32,000 nucleotides of DNA from Nostoc sp. PCC 7120 = FACHB-418 (GTDB taxonomy: Bacteria; Cyanobacteriota; Cyanobacteriia; Cyanobacteriales; Nostocaceae), in assembly GCF_000009705.1 (NCBI RefSeq), contig NC_003272.1, positions 3,960,001 through 3,992,000 of the forward strand, written 5' to 3'. Position numbers and translations under genes: made by a program. Shown here in pieces: positions 15,897 to 24,041 of this stretch; the stretch's first letter is position 1; every line of letters starts with the position of its first letter. The notes beneath the pieces are model-generated. The model worked only from the letters and a program-made list of their open reading frames with translations, was not told where the DNA came from and made no database searches.

Positions 15897-17201
15897 ATGA
15901 CGCAGGCAACATCTACACCCACCCAAACGACCAATGCCACCCTTTCAGCGTTGAAGTGTAAGGAATGTGGCGCAGAATATGAACTGAAAGCTACTCATGT
16001 GTGTGAGTATTGTTTTGGCCCGTTGGAAGTGAAGTATGACTACAATGCCTTACGTCTCTCTGTTACCCGCGAAAAAATTCAAGCTGGGCCAAACTCAATT
16101 TGGCGTTATCGCCCTTTTCTGCCTGTCACAACTGACAATGTAATTGATGTGGGAACAGGTATGACTCCCCTGGTGCGTTCCCATCGTCTTGCCCGTCGCC
16201 TGGGTCTAAACAAGCTTTACATTAAAAATGATGCAGTGAATATGCCCACCCTCAGCTTTAAGGATCGGGTGGTATCCGTCGCCCTGTCTCGCGCTAGAGA
16301 GTTGGGATTCACCACAGTTTCTTGCGCTAGCACTGGTAACTTAGCAAATTCTACAGCAGCGATCGCCGCCCATGCCGGTTTAGATTGCTGTGTGTTCATC
16401 CCCGCAGATTTAGAAGCTGGCAAAATTCTGGGTAGCTTAATCTACAGTCCTACCCTCATGGCGGTGAAAGGCAACTATGATCAAGTCAATCGCCTTTGTT
16501 CGGAAGTAGCTAATACACACGGTTGGGGCTTTGTCAATATTAACTTACGCCCCTACTATTCCGAAGGTTCCAAGACTTTGGGCTTTGAAGTTGCCGAACA
16601 ACTAGGCTGGGAACTACCAGATCATATAGTTGCACCTTTGGCTTCTGGTTCACTGTTCACCAAAATCTATAAAGGCTTCCAGGAATTCGTGGAAGTTGGT
16701 TTGGTGGAAGGGAAGAAAGTCCGTTTCAGTGGCGCACAGGCGGAAGGTTGTTCACCCATCGCCCAAGCCTTTAAAGAAGACAGAGACTTTATTAAACCAG
16801 TGAAACCGAATACAATTGCCAAATCAATTGCGATCGGTAATCCAGCAGATGGTGTTTATGCTGTTGATATTGCCAAGAAAACTGGCGGTAATATTGAATC
16901 AGTGAATGATGCAGAAATTATCGAAGGTATCAAGCTACTGGCAGAAACCGAAGGCATCTTTACAGAAACAGCTGGTGGTACAACTGTTGCTGTGCTGAAA
17001 AAATTGGTAGAAGCTGGCAAAATTGATCCAGACGAAACCACCGTGGTTTACATCACTGGCAATGGTTTGAAAACCCAAGAAGCCGTACAAGGCTACGTTG
17101 GCGAACCTTTGACAATTGATGCCAAATTAGATAGTTTTGAGCGTGCTTTAGAGCGTTCACGTACCCTCGACCGCTTGGAATGGCAACAAGTCCTCGTTTA
17201 G
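15897..17201 (+). CDS. Threonine synthase family PLP enzyme with an N-terminal Zn-ribbon (ThrC or a MetM-like paralogue)
   Basis: The ORF track opens at TTG 15867; I use ATG 15897 (MTQATSTP...). It has a CxxC...CxxC ribbon (CKECGAEYELKATHVCEYC) and a PLP-lysine motif (PTLSFKDRVVS). STGNLANS and GNGLK motifs, typical of ThrC-fold enzymes, are also present. Confidence 0.85.
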   Translation: MTQATSTPTQTTNATLSALKCKECGAEYELKATHVCEYCFGPLEVKYDYNALRLSVTREKIQAGPNSIWRYRPFLPVTTDNVIDVGTGMTPLVRSHRLARRLGLNKLYIKNDAVNMPTLSFKDRVVSVALSRARELGFTTVSCASTGNLANSTAAIAAHAGLDCCVFIPADLEAGKILGSLIYSPTLMAVKGNYDQVNRLCSEVANTHGWGFVNINLRPYYSEGSKTLGFEVAEQLGWELPDHIVAPLASGSLFTKIYKGFQEFVEVGLVEGKKVRFSGAQAEGCSPIAQAFKEDRDFIKPVKPNTIAKSIAIGNPADGVYAVDIAKKTGGNIESVNDAEIIEGIKLLAETEGIFTETAGGTTVAVLKKLVEAGKIDPDETTVVYITGNGLKTQEAVQGYVGEPLTIDAKLDSFERALERSRTLDRLEWQQVLV

Positions 17202-17240
17202 TAATTAGTCAGTGGTCATTAGAAACTAACAACCGACCAC

Positions 17241-17261
17241 TGTCAACTGTCAACTGACCAA
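17241..17261. repeat. STRR-like heptamer tract (TGTCAAC TGTCAAC TGACCAA)
   Basis: Three consecutive heptamers lie in the 73-nt spacer between the thrC-like and moaD-like genes. Heptamer tandem repeats are characteristic of heterocystous cyanobacteria. Confidence 0.5.
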
Positions 17262-17274
17262 TAATTAATTAACT

Positions 17275-17550
17275 ATGGCTGTAAAAGTTTTAGTCCCTAC
17301 CGCTCTGCAAAATTTCACAAATAATCAAGCTGCTTTAGAATCTAGTGGTAGCAGTATTGCAGAACTCTTAGATTCTTTAGAAAAAAGCTTTCCCGGTATT
17401 AAAGCGCGGTTGTGCGATGATAATGGACAGCCACGGCGTTTTTTGAATTTATATGTAAACAGCGAAGACATCCGCTTTTTGGATGGGACGGCTACACCTT
17501 TGAAAGATGGTGATGAAGTCAGTATTGTCCCTGCTGTTGCAGGTGGTTGA
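17275..17550 (+). CDS. MoaD/ThiS-family ubiquitin-like sulfur-carrier protein (C-terminal Gly-Gly)
   Basis: 91 aa, ending ...[14 protein letters not shown]-stop. The beta-grasp length and the terminal GG are diagnostic of MoaD/ThiS/CysO-type carriers. Confidence 0.8.
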   Translation: MAVKVLVPTALQNFTNNQAALESSGSSIAELLDSLEKSFPGIKARLCDDNGQPRRFLNLYVNSEDIRFLDGTATPLKDGDEVSIVPAVAGG

Positions 17551-17626
17551 GACTGCAAAATTTAAGTTCATCCGGTTATTCATACTTTTTCCCCTAATTG
17601 TGGGGGAGAAAGTTATATATTATTAA

Positions 17627-17971
17627 TTAAACTTGAGTAAGTTTTTGTAGCCAGTAATTACTATTATCAATGGTGAGAATAATTCTTTCGTAAGATTCAT
17701 CCTGTAGCTCAATATTTAAATAGCTATTATCTCGATTTACGTACCAGAACTCTTTACCTCGCTCAGTATAATAAGTACCTGCTTTAATTATCCCAGGAAT
17801 AAAGCTACCTGGTGCGCGTAGTTCTTTCCAACTACTTTGAGGTTTGGTGATTGTCGTTTGTTTGATATGCGCTAACGGTATTAGCCAAAGTTTTTGGAAA
17901 CGAACAGCCAGCAATTGCTCTTGCCATGTAAATTCTAGTTGTAATTTGTCCTCAACTATATTCAACTGCAT
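17627..17971 (-). CDS. Hypothetical protein, possibly a bacterial PH-like domain
   Basis: The ORF track begins at TTG 18040; I prefer ATG 17971 (MQLNIVEDKLQLEF...). I recognise no family with confidence. The mixed beta/alpha pattern and ~114-aa size fit small bPH-type domains. Confidence 0.5.
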   Translation of the reverse strand: MQLNIVEDKLQLEFTWQEQLLAVRFQKLWLIPLAHIKQTTITKPQSSWKELRAPGSFIPGIIKAGTYYTERGKEFWYVNRDNSYLNIELQDESYERIILTIDNSNYWLQKLTQV

Positions 17972-18107
17972 TTCCAACCTCTTCCTCACTATTTTTACTT
18001 CTATTGTTATCCAAAGACCCTTGCTTGAGGATATATTCAATGAAATTATTCACGAAATTTGATTGAATATAATCTGATTGGCCAAAGTTGGTAGTCGTAG
18101 TAGATAA

Positions 18108-19160
18108 ATGAATTTAAAAATGATTAATAGCAACTTAGAACAGTTTGCCAGTGACAACTACGCTGGTATTTGTCCAGAAGCAATGAACTATATGATTCAA
18201 GCTAATCAAGGTAGTGCGCCAGCTTATGGAAATGATGAATGGACGCAAAAAGCAACAGACTATTTTCGAGAACTTTTTGAAATTGATTGCGAAGTATTTT
18301 TTACTTTTAACGGTACAGCAGCAAATTCATTATCTTTAGCTGCACTTTGTCAGTCATATCACAGCGTTATTTGTCATGAAACAGCACATATAGAAACAGA
18401 TGAATGTGGCGCACCAGAGTTTGCGTCTAATGGTTCTAAGTTGTTACTTGCTAAAGGAGAAAATGGTAAGTTAACACCACAAGAGATAGAGTCTGTAATC
18501 ACGAAGCGAGTTGATATTCATTATCCTAAACCAAAAGTAATTAGTATTACTCAAGCTACAGAATTAGGGACTTTATATTCTATAGAAGAACTTTTAGATA
18601 TTAAAAAAGTTGCCCAAAAGTATCAATTAAAAATTCACATGGACGGCGCACGCTTTGCCAATGCAGTTGCAGCCATGAATAAAAGTCCGGCAGAGATGAG
18701 TTGGAAAAGTGGCGTGGATGTATTGTGTTTTTGTGGGACAAAAAATGGTATGGCATTAGGGGAAGCCATTATATTTTTTAATCGAGCATTGGCAGAAGAT
18801 TTTGATTATCGTTGTAAACAAGCAGGACAATTAGCATCAAAAATGCGGTTTATTTCTGCGCCGTGGTTAGGTTTGTTAGAAACTGGTGCGTGGTTGAAAA
18901 ATGCTCAACACGCGAATCAATGTGCGGCTTATTTAGAGAATGAATTGTTAAAAATAGAAGGTGTGGAAATTATGTTTCCCCGTGAAGTAAATGCAGTTTT
19001 TGTCAAACTGCCAGAGCAAGTTATCAATGGCTTAAAAGCAAACAATTGGTTGTTTTATACTTTTATTGGGGTAGGTGGTGTACGCTTTATGTGTTCTTGG
19101 AATACCACCAAAAGCAGAATTGATGAATTAGTTGGAGATATTAAAACAGGATTGGGCTAA
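18108..19160 (+). CDS. ltaE: Low-specificity L-threonine aldolase (beta-eliminating lyase family, PLP-dependent)
   Basis: The 350-aa product carries FASDNYAGICPEAM, FNGTAANSLSL, HMDGARFANA and the PLP-lysine segment CFCGTKNG. These match the motif order of threonine aldolases. Confidence 0.75.
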   Translation: MNLKMINSNLEQFASDNYAGICPEAMNYMIQANQGSAPAYGNDEWTQKATDYFRELFEIDCEVFFTFNGTAANSLSLAALCQSYHSVICHETAHIETDECGAPEFASNGSKLLLAKGENGKLTPQEIESVITKRVDIHYPKPKVISITQATELGTLYSIEELLDIKKVAQKYQLKIHMDGARFANAVAAMNKSPAEMSWKSGVDVLCFCGTKNGMALGEAIIFFNRALAEDFDYRCKQAGQLASKMRFISAPWLGLLETGAWLKNAQHANQCAAYLENELLKIEGVEIMFPREVNAVFVKLPEQVINGLKANNWLFYTFIGVGGVRFMCSWNTTKSRIDELVGDIKTGLG

Positions 19161-19393
19161 ATTGTGGGTAAGAGTAGCAGTCAATTTATGAGAAGCTAAA
19201 CTAATTATATAAATCATACTAAGTAAGACAAATACATAAGATTTTTCGATTACTGTGTATTGATTATTATCTATTTATCTCATGATTAAATAACTAATAA
19301 CTATTGACTGGCTATCCTATGTCAAAATGAAGGTAATTTATTACCTAAAGGTAAGCGATCGCTCTACAAGCTAGACAAAGGATAACCTGAGCA

Positions 19394-20023
19394 ATGGCAG
19401 ATCCAACCAATCAAAATCAACCGGGAGACACAGTTCCCAGCACTGTTGACCAGAAAGCCCCCACTGTCGCTGAAGAAAACGCCCCCAGCACTAGCGAACC
19501 AGTAGCGACAAACCTTCCTACTGCCAACACGCCAGACCCCGAAGCAGCGAACCCGAAGACTAACCCCAATACTGCTAAACCAACTGCTGCTGCTCCTAAG
19601 GAAGAAAAACCAGCCGCAGCCGCTAAAGCCGCGAAAAAAGAGAAAGCCCCATCTGTGGAAGACAAGCCATTCGTAGAGTTCATGGAGCAAGACTACTTGC
19701 CGGCTTTGCAAAAGGCAATTACTGCGGAAGGAGTGAAAGATTTACAGCTTTCTTTCGCCAAGCAAAAGCTCCCCATTGCTGGTTTGTCATCGGCGGAAGA
19801 ATACTGGCAAGTAATTGGTAGTTGGCAAAACGGTCAGCGCCAGTTTAATGTGTATTTCCCCGATGAAGATATCCAGGGCAAAAAAGGTTTTTCTTGCAAT
19901 GAGGGCAGAAGACCTAGCACCCTGGAGTCATTTTTAATCGATGAACGCAAAATTACACTGGATATGTTGGTATCTCGTCTGGTGTATCGCTTAAACGGTC
20001 AGAAGTGGCTGGGTAGAAACTAG
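19394..20023 (+). CDS. Conserved cyanobacterial protein with a disordered Pro/Ala/Lys/Glu-rich N-terminal ~95 aa and a folded C-terminal ~110-aa domain
   Basis: 209-aa ORF with an ATG start. From memory only, the C-terminal domain (KPFVEFMEQDYLPALQKAI...WQVIGSW...FNVYFPDEDI...) resembles the DUF2996 family, which includes the NDH-1 subunit NdhV. This is unverified. Confidence 0.6.
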   Translation: MADPTNQNQPGDTVPSTVDQKAPTVAEENAPSTSEPVATNLPTANTPDPEAANPKTNPNTAKPTAAAPKEEKPAAAAKAAKKEKAPSVEDKPFVEFMEQDYLPALQKAITAEGVKDLQLSFAKQKLPIAGLSSAEEYWQVIGSWQNGQRQFNVYFPDEDIQGKKGFSCNEGRRPSTLESFLIDERKITLDMLVSRLVYRLNGQKWLGRN

Positions 20024-20031
20024 GTTTTGTT

Positions 20032-20064
20032 AGATTCCCGACTTCTTCCAGAAATCGAGAATCT
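20032..20064. terminator. Stem-loop between convergent genes (possible bidirectional terminator)
   Basis: agattcccga (20032-20041) pairs with tcgagaatct (20055-20064), 9 of 10 bp, around a 13-nt loop. It sits in the 45-nt gap between the stops at 20023 (+) and 20069 (-). There is no clear U-tract. Confidence 0.3.
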
Positions 20065-20068
20065 GACC

Positions 20069-20563
20069 CTAGTTAAGTTCATAAAAGTGATAGGTGACGG
20101 CTCCAGTAATGGGGTCGTTATCTATTTTGACGTAACCTGATTTCAGCATTTCCTTGAGTGTGGCTTCCACTTCTGTAAAGCTGGCTCCCGTGGCTTTGAC
20201 TCCTTGAGTCACAGTTAAACCACCGCCTTTGGTTTCTGCGGCTTCAATTAGTTTGACTATGAGTTGGTCTTTGGTTAAACCCTGGGTTTGGGATGTAGTG
20301 ATGGGCTGATTTAGGGGTACACCTAAGGGAGAAACACCAGCTTTCAGTCTCAGTTGCTGTTCATATTCGTCAACCATACCAGGCATGAGAAACAAATCCA
20401 CAAACTGCCCAATGCCAAATACTCCCCCTGTGCATAGCCACAACAAACCAGTACCAATTTTGCCGTTGTAGAGCCGATGTAGTCCTCCTAAACCAAGAAA
20501 CCAGGCCGCACTCAAAATGTAAGAGACAAGCACACGGTCTTTCTGCTGATGATTAACAGTCAT
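20069..20563 (-). CDS. TM2-domain membrane protein with a C-terminal soluble domain
   Basis: The N-terminal half has two helices carrying the TM2 pattern ([35 protein letters not shown]). The C-terminal ~70 aa are hydrophilic. Confidence 0.75.
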   Translation of the reverse strand: MTVNHQQKDRVLVSYILSAAWFLGLGGLHRLYNGKIGTGLLWLCTGGVFGIGQFVDLFLMPGMVDEYEQQLRLKAGVSPLGVPLNQPITTSQTQGLTKDQLIVKLIEAAETKGGGLTVTQGVKATGASFTEVEATLKEMLKSGYVKIDNDPITGAVTYHFYELN

Positions 20564-20767
20564 GTTGTGGTCAACCCCTTGGATTTACGCTTGTTTTCTG
20601 GGACAGTGTTTCGTTGCTGTTTTGCCCACTGTCGGTGATGACCGACCATCGGTCAGAAACCATCGCCAGATGCACAGAAATATTTGATAATTCTACTAAC
20701 TCCAAATTGAAAAAAGAATGCGACAGATATACAGACCCAAACGCTTGTCCTGTCTTGATTTTGTACT

Positions 20768-20905
20768 CCTTTGGAGAACCCGTACCCCTGCGGGGAAGCA
20801 AGCTACGCGTAGCGTCTCCAAAGGAAAAGGGTATTTTGTTGGCGCAAGCCTTCTCTACGAGACGCTACGCGTTGGCGTTAGCCTCTCGTAAGAGATGCCG
20901 AATTG
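20768..20905. repeat. Structured intergenic dispersed-repeat element with nested palindromes
   Basis: A 10-bp inverted repeat, cctttggaga (20768-20777) / tctccaaagg (20815-20824), encloses cccctgcgggg and the perfect palindrome gctacgcgtagc. A second inverted repeat pairs cgcgtagcgtctc (20806-20818) with gagacgctacgcg (20859-20871). The two ORFs predicted across it have no coding support. Confidence 0.6.
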
Positions 20906-21208
20906 GTATAACTCAATTGTAGTTAAGTACGCCAACTCGCGTTTGTTCCCTGCTCTGGTAAAGACGTAAAGCGAATGCTGAGAGTGAGGATTTGCCCGAT
21001 ACGTTAACCACTAATTTCCCAGAATCGATTCCGCAAATGTTGAACTATTGTTGCAACTCTTAACGTTTTGCCTACCAGTTTACCTCTGCACCTTGGTAGA
21101 CTGAATTTTATACAAACTAATTATTGTCGGCTGTTGCGCTTTGTGAGAGCCTAAACCTTGGTTCTTCGGGTGTACTCAAGATAATCAAGACAAAAGAGCA
21201 ATTAGGAC

Positions 21209-22285
21209 ATGGTAGATTCCCTAAAAAAACCAGGCTTTGAAGAAATCCGTCCGGGCGTTAAAGTCCCGGCAAAAGAAACTCTATTAACACCCCGGTTTTA
21301 TACCACTGATTTTGATGAGATGGCACGGATGGACATCTCCGTCAATGAAGACGAGTTACTAGCTATTCTGGAAGAATTCCGGACTGACTATAACCGCCAT
21401 CACTTTGTTCGGGATGCCGAGTTTGAAAAATCCTGGGATCACATTGACGGGGATACTCGCCGCTTGTTCGTAGAATTTCTCGAACGGTCTTGTACAGCAG
21501 AATTCTCCGGCTTTTTGCTTTACAAAGAACTTGGTCGCCGTTTGAAAGACAAAAGCCCAGTTTTGGCAGAGTGCTTTAACCTCATGTCACGGGATGAAGC
21601 GCGTCATGCAGGCTTTTTGAACAAAGCGATGTCAGACTTTAACCTGTCTCTCGACTTAGGGTTTTTAACTAAGAGCCGCAACTATACCTTCTTTAAGCCA
21701 AAATTCATTTTCTACGCTACCTACCTTTCGGAAAAGATTGGTTACTGGCGCTATATCACCATTTATCGTCACTTGGAAGCACATCCAGAAGACAGAATTT
21801 ATCCGATTTTCCGGTTCTTTGAGAACTGGTGTCAGGATGAAAACCGTCACGGAGATTTCTTTGATGCAATCATGAAATCTCAACCACAAATGTTGAACGA
21901 CTGGAAGGCGAAACTTTGGAGCCGTTTCTTCCTGTTGTCGGTGTTTGCGACGATGTATCTCAATGATATTCAACGTAAAGATTTCTATGCCACCATTGGT
22001 CTAGATGCACGAGATTACGACATCTACGTGATTAAGAAGACCAACGAAACCGCAGGTAGAGTATTTCCAATAATTCTGGATGTGGATAGCCCAGAATTTT
22101 ACGAACGCTTGGATATATGTGTTGAGAATAGCGAAAAATTGAGTGCGATCGCTAGCTCTAATACTCCCAAGTTCTTGCAATTCTTCCAGAAATTACCAGT
22201 ATTAGCCTCTACTGGCTGGCAATTATTACGCCTGTACTTGATGAAACCAATTGATGCTGTTTCCGCCCAAGGCGCAGCGCGTTAA
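21209..22285 (+). CDS. acsF: Mg-protoporphyrin IX monomethyl ester oxidative cyclase (aerobic cyclase, di-iron)
   Basis: The N-terminus is highly characteristic ([38 protein letters not shown]). Two di-iron ExxH motifs are present ([10 protein letters not shown] and [10 protein letters not shown]). The 358-aa length fits. Confidence 0.92.
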   Translation: MVDSLKKPGFEEIRPGVKVPAKETLLTPRFYTTDFDEMARMDISVNEDELLAILEEFRTDYNRHHFVRDAEFEKSWDHIDGDTRRLFVEFLERSCTAEFSGFLLYKELGRRLKDKSPVLAECFNLMSRDEARHAGFLNKAMSDFNLSLDLGFLTKSRNYTFFKPKFIFYATYLSEKIGYWRYITIYRHLEAHPEDRIYPIFRFFENWCQDENRHGDFFDAIMKSQPQMLNDWKAKLWSRFFLLSVFATMYLNDIQRKDFYATIGLDARDYDIYVIKKTNETAGRVFPIILDVDSPEFYERLDICVENSEKLSAIASSNTPKFLQFFQKLPVLASTGWQLLRLYLMKPIDAVSAQGAAR

Positions 22286-22308
22286 GTTGTAACATTTTTT
22301 CAATGCTC

Positions 22309-22341
22309 AGTGGTTCTGTTTTACACAGAGCCGCTTTTTTT
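22309..22341 (+). terminator. Rho-independent terminator of acsF
   Basis: AGUGGUUCUG (22309-22318) pairs with CAGAGCCGCU (22326-22335) over 10 bp, including G-U pairs, around a 7-nt loop. A run of 7 T follows directly (22335-22341), 24 nt after the stop codon. Confidence 0.7.
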
Positions 22342-22488
22342 ATGTAAAAAATCTACCACTTGTTTACCTTGAAGACTTACACCCCTACACCCCTATACCC
22401 TATCTCATCAATATCACCCTCAAGGGTACTGTCAGTATATGGGGATCAGCCGTTAGGTTAGTTATGTAGTTTCCCAGTAAACAAGTGT

Positions 22489-23322
22489 ATGACAGACCTA
22501 ATTGACCCATCTCAAATTATTGTTAGACCAAGACCAACTTTACTTTCAACTTTTGAACTGTTAGTTAAACCAATTGCTCCTGTGGGTTCTGGCCCTAATG
22601 TCGTAGCGCGTACAGTTATCCAAGGTTACTTTTTAACAATTGCCAACACCAGTAACTCAGATATCAAAGTACGGTTGCAATTTACTGCCACAACACCAGA
22701 ATTAGATTTAACTAATACTGTCACTATCACCGATGTTCAAGGTGTGAATGACTTTTCTGACCTCACCCCCATTGTTGGTGATCCTAAAAGATTTATCTTT
22801 AATTTAAGTATTGGTGCTAACGACACAGCTTTATTTACCCTATTGCCTGATGTCAGCAAGCCAGAGGTCATCAAAGCTAACTCTCTGGAAGTGCGGGGCT
22901 ATGTAGAAATCGCTTTAACATCTCCATCTAGTTCTGTGAGGTTGCTGCTGACACCAGAACATCGTGGTACATTTGTACCACAGAGCTTTGATACTGTTCG
23001 CGCTCCTGATTTTGACCAACTAGTGTATGCTTTGCCTACATCCACCGGACAAAGTGAGTTTACGCTGACAGGGCCAGCCAAACCCAACAAGGAACTCAAG
23101 TTAGAAATTAAAGAGATTGAGAAACTAGTTGAAAACAAACTGGCAGAAATATTACCACTAACACCCCAAACACAAATACCAAATGACCTACAGCGAGTTA
23201 TTGGTCTGATGGCTCAACGTTTGGATGAGTTAGAACAGCGCACTGTTAGTAACGGCAATGGACGCGCTTTCATCCAAGTAGAGGAACGCCCCAGCGTTGG
23301 TCACCACGTAGTTAATCAATAG
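22489..23322 (+). CDS. Hypothetical 277-aa protein: beta-rich N-terminal ~190 aa plus a Lys/Glu-rich helical tail; first gene of the ATP-grasp operon
   Basis: ATG start and no signal peptide. Beta-sandwich-like alternation is visible (VIQGYFLTIANTSNSDIKVRLQFTAT, EVRGYVEIALTS). The tail reads KELKLEIKEIEKLVENKLAEIL...LDELEQR. It ends 11 nt before the next gene. Confidence 0.7.
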   Translation: MTDLIDPSQIIVRPRPTLLSTFELLVKPIAPVGSGPNVVARTVIQGYFLTIANTSNSDIKVRLQFTATTPELDLTNTVTITDVQGVNDFSDLTPIVGDPKRFIFNLSIGANDTALFTLLPDVSKPEVIKANSLEVRGYVEIALTSPSSSVRLLLTPEHRGTFVPQSFDTVRAPDFDQLVYALPTSTGQSEFTLTGPAKPNKELKLEIKEIEKLVENKLAEILPLTPQTQIPNDLQRVIGLMAQRLDELEQRTVSNGNGRAFIQVEERPSVGHHVVNQ

Positions 23323-23333
23323 GGGCAGTATTC

Positions 23334-24041
23334 ATGATAGTAATTGTCGCCAGTCGCCACGATAAAGCCGCCGAGGCACTGGCTGCTCGTTGGATGGCTT
23401 ATGATGCCAAACTTTTAACAGTTGAAGATTTGTCGGTAGCGGGATGGCGACATTACTTAGATTCTCCCCTTGATTCTACTGCTGTAATTGGTGGGCAGGC
23501 GATCGCAGTTGCCAAAATTACTGGCGTTCTCACCCGCCTACCTTACCTTCCTGAACATGAATTGCTGCATATTGCCCCAGAAGACCGCACCTATGTGGCA
23601 GCAGAAATGAATGCTTTCCTCGTTTCCTGGTTATCCGGGTTACAATGTCCCGTTTTAAATCGACCAACACCAACAGATTTACTGGGGCCTAATTGGCGGC
23701 CACAGCAATGGGTTTATGCAGCCGCTCAAATTGGTATACCTGTGCGTCCGGTCAGACGACAAGTGGCATTATCTACACCTATCCAGGCTCAGGTTTTAGA
23801 AAAACCACCTGTAACTGTGACCGTTGTAGGTAATCGTTGTCTTGGTCAAGTAGATGATAACCTGGCGACTCATGCCAAACGCCTCGCTTGTGCGGCGAAT
23901 GTTGACCTGTTGACAGTGCAGTTTACCAGCAGTGACGCTAACGCAGAGTTTTTAAATGCTGAGTTGTGGGCTGATATTTCTCACCCAGAAATAGCTGATG
24001 CCATTTTAGAACATTTGAGTGGAGGGGATGGCAAATGTTGA
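23334..24041 (+). CDS. Truncated ATP-grasp paralogue (pre-ATP-grasp and central region only; probably non-catalytic)
   Basis: 235 aa. The N-terminus (MIVIVASRHDKAAEALAARW...) and middle (AEMNAFLVSWLSGLQCPVLNRPTP...WRPQQWVYAAAQIGIPVRPV) parallel the downstream ATP-grasp protein (MLILLWGLPEDSPLAAVY..., ...ALVINRPAAMAPNGSKPYQLEQIRQLGFRIPDT). The C-terminal nucleotide/Mg-binding half is missing. Its stop overlaps the next start by 7 nt (ATGTTGA). Confidence 0.65.
   Translation: MIVIVASRHDKAAEALAARWMAYDAKLLTVEDLSVAGWRHYLDSPLDSTAVIGGQAIAVAKITGVLTRLPYLPEHELLHIAPEDRTYVAAEMNAFLVSWLSGLQCPVLNRPTPTDLLGPNWRPQQWVYAAAQIGIPVRPVRRQVALSTPIQAQVLEKPPVTVTVVGNRCLGQVDDNLATHAKRLACAANVDLLTVQFTSSDANAEFLNAELWADISHPEIADAILEHLSGGDGKC

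Noticed and set aside
16217-17558. Minus-strand ORFs 16217-16423, 16856-17041 and 17325-17558 opposite thrC and moaD
   Set aside because: They are nested antisense to genes with diagnostic motifs.
17586-17612. ttttcccc-taattgt-gggggagaaa stem between the convergent moaD-like and 17627 genes as a bidirectional terminator
   Set aside because: The stem is only a 4-6 bp G/C run with imperfect flanks, which is too weak to call.
17844-18062. 72-aa plus-strand ORF opposite the 17627-17971 gene
   Set aside because: It is Cys/Ser/Ile-rich with no start context and overlaps the alternative minus-strand ORF. Neither is strongly supported, but the minus-strand product looks like a real folded domain.
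19364-19711. Two minus-strand ORFs (115 and 88 aa) opposite the low-complexity N-terminus of the 209-aa gene
   Set aside because: The open frames are a by-product of the stop-poor Pro/Ala/Lys-coding repeat composition on the other strand.
20571-20922. ORFs 20571-20801 (-) and 20614-20922 (+)
   Set aside because: Both run through the nested-palindrome repeat element. They mutually overlap, and their sequences look like translated repeat DNA (e.g. ...LRVASPKEKG..., ...RRYALALASRKR...).
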